Origin: Schizochytrium sp. TIO01
Taxonomy: Eukaryota > Protista > Bigyra: Labyrinthulomycetes
Direction: 5' to 3'
DNA length: 64,000 bases
NCBI GenBank assembly: GCA_004764695.1
Contig: SMSO01000037.1
Location: forward strand, 2,828,747 to 2,892,746
Below are positions 1-13,457 of this stretch, one piece after another. Both the position numbers and the translations under genes were made by a program. The first letter of the stretch is position 1. Every line of letters starts with the position of its first letter. Below the pieces are notes generated by a model, which saw nothing but the letters and a program-made list of their open reading frames with translations, did no database searches and was not told the origin of the DNA.

Positions 1-140
1 AGTCCGTCTCACGCCAAAATTGGCTCGCGCGGCGCGATCCAAAAGCAGCGAGAGAGCGATCTGAAAGCAAGCAAGCGAGAGATCCGCGCTTCCACCTGTT
101 CTGCGTCTGCTCGTTGGGCCTCCCTGAAAGCCTGATTCAC

Positions 141-281
141 TCAACTTCAACTTCAACTTCAACTTCAACTTCAACTTCGTATTCATTTTTGTATTCAACT
201 CCAAATTCAAATTCAAATTCAAATTCAAATTCAAATTCAAATTCAAATTCAAATTCAAATTCAAATTCAAATTCAAATTCA
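141..281. repeat. Compound hexamer microsatellite (TCAACT)n followed by (TCAAAT)n
   Basis: Tandem hexamers are directly visible. They explain the low-complexity ORFs 114..404 and 137..334. Confidence 0.95.
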
Positions 282-2589
282 GATTCGACCTCCTCTCCTC
301 TTCTCCTTTGTTTTTCTTTTCGCCACGATGACACTTTTTTTCCCTTTCGAGTGATTGATTGCCTCCGTACCGTAGTATCGGATCGGAGCGCAAACCTGGA
401 CTGATAACTGCGCCAACGGCGAAACTTTGAGACCTTAAGGCCGCAGAGAGCAAGGAAGCGATTGGGCGTGAACTCTCCATGCCGAGTAAGTCATTGCTTG
501 CTTGCTTGCTTGCTCGCTTACTTCTGCTCGAACTCGACTTGAACTTTGGCTTTTGGGAACTCTGGCAGGACCGAGTCCCATCTTGGGACTTAGCAAACTT
601 GAATCTCCACACTTTTCGTATGCGCCGTCTCTGATCAAGTTCAGACTTTGTTTCCCTTTTTTAAAAATTATTTTATTTGTAAAAGTTAAAAGAAAAAGGT
701 TGTACCTCCGCAGCTGATTGCTATTTGTAAAGAGAGATTCTGATATTATATACATATATATATTATTTAATCTTTTTTTTAAATTAATGAAACGGTGGAA
801 TGATTTATCATAGAAAGTAGGTAGGTAGACAGATCTGTTTCGTAGCCATGCTCGTTTTTGGATACGTTTTAGGCATCGTTTGTTTTTTTGCTTGACTGCT
901 TATATCTTTAAGCGTTTTGGGGAGGGGAAAGGCCACCAATATCCTGCGTCTAATACTTATCCCTTTTTTAAAACAAAAAGTCAAGCGTTGTAAAAAACAG
1001 ATAATGTCGAAACAAGGCGTGGTTGGCCGTCATATGCCAGCTTGTGCCGCTATTTATGAGACTCTCCTGAGTTATAACAATCGCTGCATAGGCGGTCTCG
1101 AGCTCGGGGACCTTGGTATTTGGCTCGAGCTTTTGCTTCTACCGCCTCATTTAATGAACTTCAAATATGGAGGTTGCCAAGGAAGAAATAAGTACCCACT
1201 TTCAAGAAACAAAAAGAGCATTCTGCAAAGCTTTGTACCATTTGTACATATTTTAAAGCAAACTCATCATTAAATTTTAAAAGCGCACGGACGAATAAGT
1301 AGAGGTTCATGCTATCCTTAGATACTTTTGGCCTTTGGCCTTTGTCCTGACATTTTAGTCTTCCCAGTTCTGTGCGTTTCGAAGGGTTCTAACAGCAGCA
1401 GCAGCAGGAGTGTCATCAAACCTGGACGAAAATGCCGAGCACGCAATATAGGTAGAATGTAATTGCTTATAGCTACGACATCTTGTGGATCTGCGTGGAT
1501 TTCATGAATTTCTTGCAAAACGATAGTGAATTAAAATTCGCTCATGACAGCAGCAGCAACAACAACAACAACAAATGAAAGGTCTGACGTAGTGCCCCCT
1601 TGCCTGCTTTAGAAATCGAGGTTAAGATTTGTTGTAATGTACATCTTCTTGAGGACACTCTAATGGTTTAAGCACACACCAGAGTCATTCTTAAATTCAG
1701 GGCTTTGAGTATAATCTTGCCCCCCCCCCCCAGAATAAACAGCCTTGCGAAAAACGACAATCAACTACTTTCGGACTGCCCACCAGCCACTGGCAACGCC
1801 AAGCGGGTCCCTCTTCAACTGCCTGTGCCCACAGCGCCATTTATCTCTACTAGTAGCAATGTCTCCAACATGTCATGAGTTTCGTGCTTCTGGTACGCAC
1901 GACACGCGCTCAAGAGACAGTCAGACAGGCATCGAATATTTATTATTTGCACAAGATGAGATCGTTTTGAAAAGAAACCCCTTTCATTCAATTAAATAAA
2001 TTTTTTTTTAATTTAAAAATAAAAAAATCAACAAAATCAACAAAATCATCAAACATCCCAGACAGGCAAACGAGAACAACAGAGCAGTGGCGACGCGAAA
2101 TCTGATGTAGGCCCTCAATTTCTAATCATTTAACTTTCAAGATGTGGTTTGGGCCCGTTTGCAACCAATCGCTGCGACCCCGTTGCGCCCTTCAAGTTGC
2201 AAGGCCCAAACCAAACCCTAGGTATATATATATATATATATTTTTCTTGTTTTTTCTTCGTAGAAGGAAATAATTGAAGAAACAAGATGAAAGTATGTTG
2301 TTTATTTTTACAATCGTTTCTGGTTTCTTCTCGCCTTGGCCTGCGCTTTTTATTGTTGCTGTCACTCGATACGCACGCCCTTCTTCAGCAACACCGCCTC
2401 AGAGGCCTCTCTTTCCACAGACTTAAGCCTTCGGCCTCTTCTTCGCAAAGAAAGACGTTCGGCCGCCTTGACACTTGAGACTGTCAAACCTTGCAGGCTA
2501 AAACTGCAACCTCCACACAGACAACCCCGTCGGTCCAAGCTTCGACTCTGTTCGCCATTTGCGCTTATCTGAATCACAGTAACAGCTTC

Positions 2590-2770
2590 GCAAAAGTTTG
2601 TTCGACGGAGAGTGCCATCATCGAGGAACTCGAAACCGATTTCAAGATATGCATTCGAGCGATTCATCGTCAGACTGTGCATCGTCAGATGGAAAGACAA
2701 GGATTGAAAAGAGTAGAAAAGAGAATGGAAAAAGTACCACTGGCAAACGAGAATGCCCAAGCCAGCGCCG
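2590..2770 (+). mobile_element. Possible decayed Tc1/IS630-type transposase HTH fragment
   Basis: The translation IIEELETDFKICIRAIHRQTVHRQMERQGLKRVEKRMEKVPL resembles the Tc1/IS630 pattern 'el...vs..Tv.R.L...Gl.....kkPL'. No DDE domain, ATG start or TIRs are seen. Confidence 0.3.
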
Positions 2771-4715
2771 CTCAGCCTGAGATGAGGTGGATGGATTTCT
2801 CAGCTTAGCCTCTTCCTTGACATAGGCTGACGCTTCTTCAGAAGCTCTTCTTTACGGCGAAGGAGTCCAAACTAATGCATGTTTGTCTGTTCATTCCTGC
2901 TGCCCCATGTTCGAAATATCTTCGAACACCCAAAAACGACACTCAAAGAAAACCAAAAGTACGTGCGTTCACGACGATAGTTACCATAATAGCATAGCAG
3001 GAAACTTCTTCTTTTCTCTTTTCTCTTGAAAGAACAAATCAAAACAAATCAAAACAAAGCAAAACAAAATAAAACAAAATAAATCAAACCAAACTAAACA
3101 GGAGAAGAATAGAACTAATTATCTCTGAAGGCAGCATTGAACCGCCTGGCTTCTTAACTAGCGCCTGTTTTTAATTAAAATACGGAAGACTGCAAATGCA
3201 GCAGCCTCAAACTGTATCGCGATCTGCCTTCCGACTCGCTCGAAGATCGCCAAGGACCGCTCAGCCGTGGCTCGGCCGACGTTTTCTAATTCCCTTCAAA
3301 AGAACAATTGCCTTAATAGCCTTTGGCAAAGCCTTGCGCGATGTGGCGATGCGCAAAGATACGCTCAAATTTGTACTTTTGTTGACATCCTTTGCTTTTG
3401 GCTACTACCAAAAGCACTTCGATTTTTCGACTTGAAGCCTCATTTTGGCATTGGAGTCGCGCCTGTTTAAATTAATCCATTACGCGCGTCTCAAACAGCC
3501 CAGTACCAGCATATAAATGCCTTTGGGGCCCCTTTGCGGACATACCTTATTTTACAAATAAAAAAAGTTCGCCGTGGAGGTCGCATCGCAGAATTTGCGA
3601 TTCCAATTTCTGACAATCAATAAAAGAAGAAGTTAGACTCCTCCTAGTTCGAGATTTGCATATATGCACGCCTGCCTTCAGTTGCGATTGCAATTCGACC
3701 CGGAGCCGTTCTCTGGGCTCCTTCTCCAGGCCTCCGGACTCTACTTTCGTCTGGAAGGCGGCGTCTTCGCGATTGGAGCGGCGATCACATGCCACCCAAG
3801 GTCTTCTTCGTCAAGTACATGCTTAACTGAGTGAGGCTGGGCTTGCAACAAAATATCAGAGTGAATTGAAGCCAAGAGACTCTCTCTGTGTCTGTGTGTT
3901 CTGTCGTTCTTTTATTGCCAGCGAGCGAAACCAAACTCTTACATTTTCGAGTTTCCAATCGCAAGAATTGAGGGACTTTTGAAGAAAAGAAAACCCAACG
4001 AAAGCCATAGTAGTGCTAGCTAGCCAGGGAGTAGTAGTTCCAAACGCAGTGGAAGACAGGAAAAGCGAGATCGCTATTCCGCCCTTTCTTGATTTCTTGA
4101 TTTCTTGATTTCTTGATTTCTTTCTTCTTCTTTCTAAGAGCCTAGCCAGTCAGCTGGCTAAGAGGCACTTAGATGAATCCTTACAGATACGTAGGTACCT
4201 ACTGACTTCATTTCTTCATTTCTTCAAATCTTCGTTTCTTCAATTCTTCAATTCTTCATATTCTTTGATCTGATGGCTCTTCTTTCAGTGGCGCGTTTTC
4301 AATCGATGTCAACAGCTCTACCACTTTAAAGAAGGAGTTGGGAGCATGAAAGCAGCGCCTAAAGAGGGACCGGCGGGGCTGCTGAATAGCCACATGAATT
4401 CACAGCCGCTCAGGGCGATTCAGCCATAGAGCGAAGTTCGGACTGCAGTGACACCGCCATTTGAGACTTCGCACAAACGATCTGATTGCTTCTGTCTGAG
4501 GCCGCCCTCTCTTTTGAATTAACACATAGCAGAACTAAATAGCACGGCTGCCAATACTGAAGAAGTGGCAGCGTAGCTTGCTTACTGATGTATAGTGCAC
4601 TTGGGTTTGTAAGAAAGGAGCTAAACAAGCAAAATGCACTTAAGTCAGTCGGCCTCACCAGGACGGCGCAATTTCCGTCCACGGGCCGATAGTAAGAACT
4701 GTAGAGACTGCTTTA

Positions 4716-4752
<37 letters not shown>

Positions 4753-5724
4753 TTAAGAAAACAATTTAAAAAAAGGAAAAAGGAAAAAGGAAAAAAGTGA
4801 GTGAGGTGTTTAGCTTTTATAACTCTGCTGATGTGTAATTTAATTAAAAACTATTTTAGCTAAAAAAAATATATATATAGCCTAGAGTATATTAAAAAAT
4901 GAAAATACAATGAAAATAATAAGAAAAGGACGCCAGGAAGAAGGCAATGGAGATGTGAGCGCAACCGTCGATCTCCCAGGATGTTTGGCGACTTGAAGGA
5001 TCATGATGAATAAAACATACAGCTAGGAACATGCATGTACTAGGTAGTAGTAAACATTGCGAATAGTCGATCAATCTCACTTTGGTCGTGGCCATGCTAC
5101 CTTCAGTAAACCAGGGACATCAAGTTCTTCCGTTTGCGATGCCTACCTAGGCACTTACTAACTGGTTGCTACTGGAGCCACCCTGCAAAACGTGGACTTT
5201 CCTTTATTTTAGCTATTTTATAAAAACTTCCGTCAGTGGTTTTTATTTTTTATTTTTCGTATATCTACTATTTTTCGTTAATTTTTAAAATTAAATAAAG
5301 AAAATGTAAAGTAAATTATCTTGAACAAGGATATGAAGGCGAATGTCAACAACTAGAGAAAAATATAAACAAGAAGCAGAGGAGGAGAGCAATCGATCTG
5401 GATGATCCTTGGGAATATATGTTGTTTGCGTGGATCTCCACGCACATGAACTCAGGAAGCCGCTTGATGGCACTTTGTTTAGGGTTTTGAAGCATCTTAA
5501 AAATTGCAAATTGATTATTGTTTAATGGCCTTGGAATTCTGATGCTCTAGGTTCACTTTGGCTTGCATTCAAACATCCCAGAATTTCGAGGGGGGAAACC
5601 CAGAAATGTGCCCAAAGCCTTTGGAATGGACGCACCAATGCAAATGGTACGAAGAGGCATGACATGTATCTGATATAGGATGTATCCTGACTTTGATAAA
5701 TCTTGATGGTTGAAAAGTTGGCAA

Positions 5725-7989
5725 TCAGGCTGTAGGGCGCACCGTCGCCTCAGGGGCTGTGGCAGATTCAGGGTCACTTTTTGCAGCAGGTTTCTTCATT
5801 AACCAGAACTCTCGATCCTGGTGTCTGAAAAACACTTCAGCGATGATGAAAAACACATACGCTAGAACCCCAAGCATAGAAAAGTAGATGAAAGGGAACA
5901 GCCCAGGGAAATCTGCAATAACTCCATCCCAGCACATATTCATATCTGCAGTACCAAAGGATTCGCAAGTCGCACTGACGCCTTCAGTGATGTTTTTGTA
6001 CACTCCTGCAAACTTGTTGAACTCTGAGGCGTCGTAGTTCAGCGACTCAGGATTACTGATTGTCTCATTGTAAAGGACAAGATCGCAATCAGGGCTAGAT
6101 ATGTCTTCCTCACAGATCTGAAGATTCTCGTACTTTGGAATATCCCGAGAGTACAAGCCAAAGTCGAACCCAGGGCAACCGTATTCTTGGTTCCAAAGCT
6201 GGGCAGCTTCTTCCCCGTAACGAGTTGTCATTGCGCTTACACTGACACACCATTGACGATCGAGTTGTCTTTCATCATAATCTCCTCGTCCACCGCCACC
6301 CACACACGAACCGTCGCGAGAAACCAAGCCTTCGTCAACAAACAATTGTGGCACAATTGGCCGGGGCTCCGGACTATTAAAAGGCACATGAGCAGAGACT
6401 TTCCCTGCAAACATTGGGCTGAGATTACCAAGAGTGCAAGTTGCAGCCTCATAGTAAAAGGGCGAGGCTGCATTCATCACCCGTCCCGATGAATTCGTTG
6501 GATCATAAGTGGGGCACGTGTTGACACCGCAGTCGCACGAGTTGATCGGATTAGAGGAACTGTAGTCGAGTGGAACACAGCTTACATCCGGCTTGTATGC
6601 TTCGATATAATTGGCAAAGGTATTACCAAGAATAAGAATTCCACACAATTTTGCAAACGCCTCAGAACTACGAACAGCACCAGCAAGTGCGCCCTTCTCA
6701 GTAGCTGGTACTTGGCCCATGATTAGTGTTAACTTTGCGGGCACGACCGGTGCTGCCAAAAATGAGAGACCAACTGCATTGTATGAAATATTCACAGTCG
6801 GAGAGCAAGCAAAGCCAACTCCAACGAGAATAGTTGCGACCATGCTAAAGTGAATTGTACCCTTAAGACCAAAAAGCCTCACAAAAATTGGAGTCATAAT
6901 CGCGGCACCAAAGGCGCCACCAAGCCAGATCATGACTGTAAACATGATGAACATGTTGACATCGCTTTGTGTGAAGCGACGCAACCACCATCCACCTGTA
7001 ACGCTTTCACCAGCACCCACGGCCATCCAACCAAAGGCAGCGCTCATCCATAGGCAAAAAAGATACGCAGAGCGAGTAATGAGGGTGAGGAAGCCAAATG
7101 GGTTAGCCTTTTTCCAATTCATGGTGGTTTTGCGTAGATCTTTATGAAGTGACTCGGGAAGGAAGAAGAGCATCAATATAGCAACAAGCATAGAAAATCC
7201 CATACCTGTTGCATATGACGCATAGAATAGCTTATTGTAGGGTTCGAGTGCGCTTTCACCCTCCTCAGCGCCCTTTCCACGCGTTGCTTCACTAATCGCC
7301 AGACTGACAAGTGCGCCAGAAAGCAATCCAATAAAGTACCCACCACCTTGCAAGATACCCATATTTGTAGCAAGACGATCAGGGCGACTAATATCAGAAA
7401 TGTAAGCGTAGCCATGAGGTGTTACAGGTGAGCTGGCACCAAGAATCATGCCTCCAAAGATGAATAAGCCAATGGTTTGCACTTTCCAGCCAATCAGGAA
7501 TAATCCACCAGTTATAGCATAGCCCGAGAGTGCTGCAAGGAGCAAAGGTCGACGCCCCCAGCGATCGCTCAAAACTCCAACTGTCGAACCCATAAGAAAG
7601 GTCATCATGCGAAGAAGCGAAAGGGTAATGGTCAACACACGCTGAGATTCATCAGTTGCTGCAAAACAATCAGCACTGACCTCTGGGTCACAATCCATTC
7701 TCTGCGTATTGATGATGAGGTGAATAGAGATGGGCATGGCGATGAAGAGCATCATTACGTATGATGCAGCAGCTGTAAGCACAGCAAATGTTACAAGTGC
7801 AACCTGCATTTGCTGCTTACGGAAATTCTCCACGACAGACTTCGAGAGAGTGCCGTCATTTTTACTAGTCTTATCTTCTTTCTCCGGCGGAGGTTCAGAC
7901 GATGAGGATGAGCTGAGCGACGCGGGTACTACTTCAATGTCCTCCAGCTTAATGCTGGTGTTATTCTTGTTGTTCGTATCGCCCAACAT
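5725..7989 (-). CDS. MFS transporter (TetA/DHA1-like), paralog 1, with large Cys-rich TM11-TM12 loop; 754 aa
   Basis: MFS motif A (GVLSDRWGRRPLLL), AYISD..RPDRLA..G after TM4, LPESL after TM6, EKGALAG before TM11, and 12 hydrophobic segments. Intact ORF. Confidence 0.92.
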   Translation of the reverse strand: MLGDTNNKNNTSIKLEDIEVVPASLSSSSSSEPPPEKEDKTSKNDGTLSKSVVENFRKQQMQVALVTFAVLTAAASYVMMLFIAMPISIHLIINTQRMDCDPEVSADCFAATDESQRVLTITLSLLRMMTFLMGSTVGVLSDRWGRRPLLLAALSGYAITGGLFLIGWKVQTIGLFIFGGMILGASSPVTPHGYAYISDISRPDRLATNMGILQGGGYFIGLLSGALVSLAISEATRGKGAEEGESALEPYNKLFYASYATGMGFSMLVAILMLFFLPESLHKDLRKTTMNWKKANPFGFLTLITRSAYLFCLWMSAAFGWMAVGAGESVTGGWWLRRFTQSDVNMFIMFTVMIWLGGAFGAAIMTPIFVRLFGLKGTIHFSMVATILVGVGFACSPTVNISYNAVGLSFLAAPVVPAKLTLIMGQVPATEKGALAGAVRSSEAFAKLCGILILGNTFANYIEAYKPDVSCVPLDYSSSNPINSCDCGVNTCPTYDPTNSSGRVMNAASPFYYEAATCTLGNLSPMFAGKVSAHVPFNSPEPRPIVPQLFVDEGLVSRDGSCVGGGGRGDYDERQLDRQWCVSVSAMTTRYGEEAAQLWNQEYGCPGFDFGLYSRDIPKYENLQICEEDISSPDCDLVLYNETISNPESLNYDASEFNKFAGVYKNITEGVSATCESFGTADMNMCWDGVIADFPGLFPFIYFSMLGVLAYVFFIIAEVFFRHQDREFWLMKKPAAKSDPESATAPEATVRPTA

Positions 7990-10363
7990 TTTACCTCAGC
8001 GTTGCTAGGCTTGAAAGCTTTTCTCAATAAAATTTTCGTTATCACAAATAGATTTTAGCAATACGTTACTCTCAAATCAAATCAATAAATTCGATTGTGG
8101 ATTTGCTTTTGCTTTTGGGATAACATTCAAAAATTTGCTCAATTTTATAACTCCTATATGGCTTCAAAGAGAAACAATGTGTTTTTATTCTTAACATGTA
8201 ATCTGATTTGCCCATGGCATTCTCGAAAGAAGAAAGAAAATAAGACAGCAATCGAGAGCAGTCAAGAGCTGCATACGTTCTTGAATTAACTCTTACTGTC
8301 TAGTTAGTTATTTTAAGTATGAGGGAATCAATTTAGCTCCGTCCGCCATTGTCCTCAGGATTGAACTGTTAACAGAGGCCCACGATGCGACACTCCTTAT
8401 GCTGCTCTGGCGTAATGGATAGAACTCTCGTTTCGCCTGTTTCAGATCTTCTTTGATGTAGTAATACGACGAGTAGGAGCACAAACAGTCATCAAGTTGG
8501 AAACTAAACCGGTTTCTCCTTTAGCTTCCCACTCCTTTTTCCAAGTATGAGCTCTCCCAACCTCCCCTACAGATCTCAAAATCAACACCTTGAATATGAG
8601 AGCTACTCGTGTTAAGACAGGAAAACAGAAGATAACCCAACAGCTAAGACATGATGGAGGCCGCCACGACGTCAAACACAGCTGCTGCTAGCGAGATGAC
8701 TTCTATTCACCTGTTCCTCTCGCATACTGCGGCATGTCTTCTTGAAATAGTGTTTCCCGAGCTCTGCGTAAGAAAGACAACATCGTCAGCCTGTTTCACA
8801 CCAGTACGTCTGTCTCCAAAACCTGGCTAGATCTTCTTCTCCATCGCCATCTTGAGAACGGCCAAGTACCGGAAAGACAATAACAGCATCTTTTATCCAC
8901 TTTTTTTCTTTTTTCTCTAGAGCTGCCCATAGAATAAGTATCGTACGGTACAAGAGACAAGCTATGTCTATTTTTGGGTCGTTTGTCAGGTCCAGTCCGG
9001 CCGTGGAGCGGTCTGTTGCTCGTCGATCGCCCATCTATGCAACGAAGGTCCACAGCGACAGAGGGTGACGTATACAGTATTCCGGGCCTGCTTTTCAGAG
9101 CAGCGAGCGAACGAACTGCGTCTCAATCGGTCATTATGGGCCGAGAACTACAATCAGAGGTCCGGTCAGCCCAAAGCGGAAGCCTGAGCAGTTAGCTTGC
9201 TTTGCTTGTGCGGCAAGCACTCGCTCGACGCAAGCCGCTCGCTCGAGAGAAGAAAGCCCTCCCTGTGCCACGGAGAACTCAGAGGCCGGCGTGCATGTCG
9301 AGTAATCCTTCACGCGTGCCGCACTGTGCTTCATGGGCCGTGAGCAGTGGCCTCGCTCGATCTGATTGCCTGCATGCATGCATGCATTCTGCCGGTCGCC
9401 TCCCAAAGCGGATGTGCAAGCTGCTGAATTGTGCAGCCGCAAAACTTCGTTCGCCGCGGTCCACGACCAGACCAAGCAAGCCAAGGAGACCGAGCCCGAA
9501 CGTCGTTCTTCCTTGCTGCTCAGAATTTGCGTACATCTAAAAATGCACACAGACAGACATTCGCACAGATATACATTTACATGTATATGCACATGTGTGC
9601 GTTTATATACACATCCATGTCCTGACTTCGATGGCTTCGCTTTTCATCTGCACTGTTGTTAGAATTAAATGAAATCCGCACTTTTAGCAGCCAGCAGCTG
9701 CTTCATCGCCTGCAGGCATCTTCAATCTCCAGGAGCGAGCAGCCGATTGAACCATCCATCAACTATGCTGTCATTGCGCCCGAGCCCAAGACAACGAGCG
9801 CCTTCCATCGCGATCGTCGTTTGATAACTCCAGTCTTCGCGGAGATCCTCCTCGAACTTGCCCTCGCCACGAGGCACGTGCCTCCCAAGCAAGCTCACAG
9901 CTGAGCTGAAACTCGTGAGGCTTCTCACTTGAAAAGGTGTGCACCACTTTGGTCGGGGACCCATTTCGTTTCAGTGAGCTTGGGCAGTCCCAACTTGAGC
10001 TCTTGCGATCTTCAGGCTGCGAGCGCGCACAAGATCACTCTGCGCGCTGCTTGAAACCGGTTGGAAAGGGTTGCCGATTGACAGCCGCCGCTGGAAAGCA
10101 AGAGTGCCTGCGTTGCGTTGACTAAAATTAAAATTAAAATTAATTACAATTAATTAAGAAATAAATTGCTCTTTGCAGAATGCAGTGGTATAGGTTCGGA
10201 GATTCAACAAACGACATGCTGTAACTCAAGCTCAACAATGCAACAGCTCCGATCGGTGTAATTTGACGCATGGCTTAATGAGACATAATACGAAATGTTC
10301 AAAAGATTCATGGACAAAAAATTATTGTAATTGATTGAAGGTATATTCTTATAAAAGGTTTGA

Positions 10364-12608
10364 TTAAGCTTCGTTAGGTCGTACTGCAGCACCATCGGAG
10401 TTCTTCTCTCCATCAACAGGCTTGGCAGTGTCAGTCTTGTGAACCCAAAACTCACGATCCTGATGGCGGAAGAACACCTCGGCGATGATGAAGAAAAGAT
10501 AAGCCAGGAGACCCATCACAGAGTAAACGATGAAGGCAAAGAGTCCAGGAAAATCGCCTGTAACACCTTTCCAACACAAATTCATATCACCGTATCCCAT
10601 AGATGCACAAGTTGCCTCGACACCATTGGTGATGTTCTCATAAATGCCTGTGAATTCATCGAATTCCTCCGCATCGTAGTTAAGAGAATTACTGTCGCTG
10701 GTTGTCTCTTGGTATAAAGTCTGATTACACTCACTATCATTAATATCCGCCTCGCAAGTGGCCATATTATCGTATTTGGGTTTATCTTGAACATAAAGGG
10801 TAAAATCAAAACCCGGGCAACCATATTCCTGATTCCAAATTTCTGCAGCCTCTGCTCCAACCTTTGGGGTCATGGCACTCACACTTACACACCACTGTCT
10901 CGTTAACTCAAGCTCAGAATAGGCATCCAGACCACCGCCACCTGTGCACGAGCCATCTCGAGTGACTGTGCCATCGTCAACAAAGTATTGCGGTACGATT
11001 GGATTTGGCTCCGGATTGCGATACTCGACGTATTTACCTGGTTTCCCGTAAAACAGTGGGCTAAGATTTCCAAGCGTGCATTTGTTTGCCTCGTAATAGA
11101 ATGGGTTAGCAGCATTTGTAATTCTTCCAGAGGAATTTGTGGGATCGTATGTTGGGCAGGTGTTTACACCACAAGGGCAGGTGTTGACTGGGTTCGATGA
11201 GCTGTAATCTAGCGGAACACAGCTGACATCTGGAACATACGGTTCGATGTAAATTGCAAAGGTCGTTCCCATTACGATAATGCCCACGAGTTTGGAGAAT
11301 GCCTCAGAGCTACGGATCGCACCAGCCAACGCACCCTTTTCAGTTGCAGGTACCTGACCCATAAGAAGGGACAGCTGAGTAGGTACAACAGGGGCAGCGA
11401 GAAAGGATAGACCAACAGCAGTATACGAAACGTTTACTGTAGGTGCAAACGCAAAGCCAATGCCAACAAAGACTGTTGCAATCATGGTAAAATGAATGGT
11501 CTTTTTGAGGCCAAGCAACTTAACAAAGATTGGCGTCATACATGCAGCACCAAAGGCCGAACCAAGCCAGATCATGACGATGAAGATAATGAACAGGTTT
11601 ACATCACTTTGCGTGTATCGCCGAAGCCACCAACCTGCAGTCACAGCCTCTCCAGCACCCACTGCCATCCACCCAAAAGCAGTGCTAATCCACAAAATGC
11701 CAAGATACTTTGTGCGCGTGACAAGGCGAAGAAAACCAAAGGGATTAGCTCGCTTCCAATCAATGTCTTTGATGCGCTCCTCCTCATGTAGAGATTCTGG
11801 CAGGAAAAAACAACATTAGTATGCAAACTGAACCAGCAAAGCATAGACCAACTGCGTAGGAGATGTTGAAGAGCTTATTGTACGGTTCCATTGCACTTTC
11901 GCCTTCAGAGGTTCCTTTACCACGCGTTGCTTCACTGATGGCAAGACTAAGCAGAGCTCCAGATAAAAGCCCCAAGAAGTAACCACAGCCTTGGAGAATG
12001 CCCATGTTTGTAGCCAATCGATCAGGGCGCGAAACGTCCGAGACATATGCATAACCGTGTGGAGTGACTGGAGAGCTTGCTCCTAGAATGATACCGCCCA
12101 GAATGAAAAGCGCCAAGGTTTGAACCTTCCAGCCAATGAGAAAAAGCGCACCAGTCGTTGCATAACCGAGAAGCGCGGTCAAGAGCACAGGGCGTCTGCC
12201 CCAGCGATCACTGAGGACCCCAATAGTAGAACCCATGAGAAAGGTAAAGCTGCGCAGCAAGGAGAGCGTCAGGGTGAGCATACGTTGTGACTCGTCAGTT
12301 GCTGCAAAACAGTCATCTTGAATTTCTGGGTTGCAGCCCTTCTGTTGGGTATTCACAATTAGATGAATGGAAATGGGCATGGCGATGAAAAGCATCAACA
12401 CATATGTTGCTGCAGCAGTAGTTACAGCAAATGTTACCAAAGCGACTTGCAATTGCTGGCGACGAAAATCCTCCACCATTGACTTGGAAATCCTGCCATC
12501 GTTTTTGAAGGCTGCATTCCTCGAAGTATTGCCTTCCTCCTGAGACGACCGAGTCTCAATATCTTCCATATGCATGCTTGTCGCATGGCTTCGGTCCCCG
12601 TTTAACAT
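10364..12608 (-). CDS. MFS transporter paralog 2, split by a +1 frameshift (assembly error or recent pseudogene)
   Basis: ORFs 11784..12674 and 10364..11695 are the N- and C-halves of the same paralog. Removing one A from the A6 run at 11805-11810 restores LMLFFLPESLHEE as in the paralogs. Likely start is ATG at 12608 (MLNGD…, cf. MLGD…/MLGN…). Confidence 0.88.
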
Positions 12609-13411
12609 GGTTTCCGTACACAGACGTTTACCTCTCTTAATCGAGTTATTTTCTTTCCTCTGCAAACACTTCAATTGATTTGCTCAGCAAGTTTCAATGT
12701 CTCTAGTCGCAGGCTCCGCAGAAAGCCAATCAGAAGCCTTTGTTCAATCCGGTTTTGCTGTTCATCAAACTGCTGGTTTTTGCGATTGCACTAACAATCC
12801 CTCACTCTACTTCTCTTTCGCTTCGTCTCCTCCTGTCGCTGGGACTGAGTGACCTATGTATTCTAGTCACAACATCTTATCCAAAAAGTCCCAAAAGATC
12901 TATTTGGTAGATAGATAGTAGCAGCGAGATCTACCAATCGCAAATGTTCTCTCTTTCCAGTGCCATTAGTCCCCTTACAGCATTCCTTCATGCCACGAAC
13001 CTTTCTACCCCACTAGCTCTAAATTTCCCAGCAGCAGCTGCAGCAGCAGCTGCAGCGGTAGGAGCAGCTGCAGAGGCGGCTCTCACTACCCAAGCCCGGT
13101 ACCTTCTCACGACACCAATCGAAGAAACCAAAAGCAAAACAAACAAAACAAAACAAAACAAAACAAAACTACAGCTAATCCTGTGGGACACACGTCGTGC
13201 GTACACCCTTCGGAGGTGCTCCGGTCCAGAACTCTGTTCCAAATGTGCTGTCGGACTGATGTTTCCAAAGCGCATTCGATATTCGCAGGGTTCGTGATGT
13301 CCGGAATACTAGCATTTCAAGAAACTTGCGTCTCGTTAGCAGGGGTTCCGGATTGACCAAAGCCCGGAGCTGCGACTCTTAAAAGGAACTGGAGCTGGAG
13401 AGGGTTTAGAT

Positions 13412-13457
13412 GAGTGGAGTGGAGTGGAGTGGAGTGGAGTGGAGTCGAGTCGAGTCG
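13412..13457. repeat. (GAGTG)n/(GAGTC)n pentamer microsatellite
   Basis: Directly visible. Confidence 0.9.

Noticed and set aside
8400-10130. Short coding-looking ORFs between MFS paralogs 1 and 2 (similar ones at 13500-14480 and 55800-57600)
   Set aside because: No recognisable motifs and frequent stops; cannot be supported as genes or named pseudogenes without a search.
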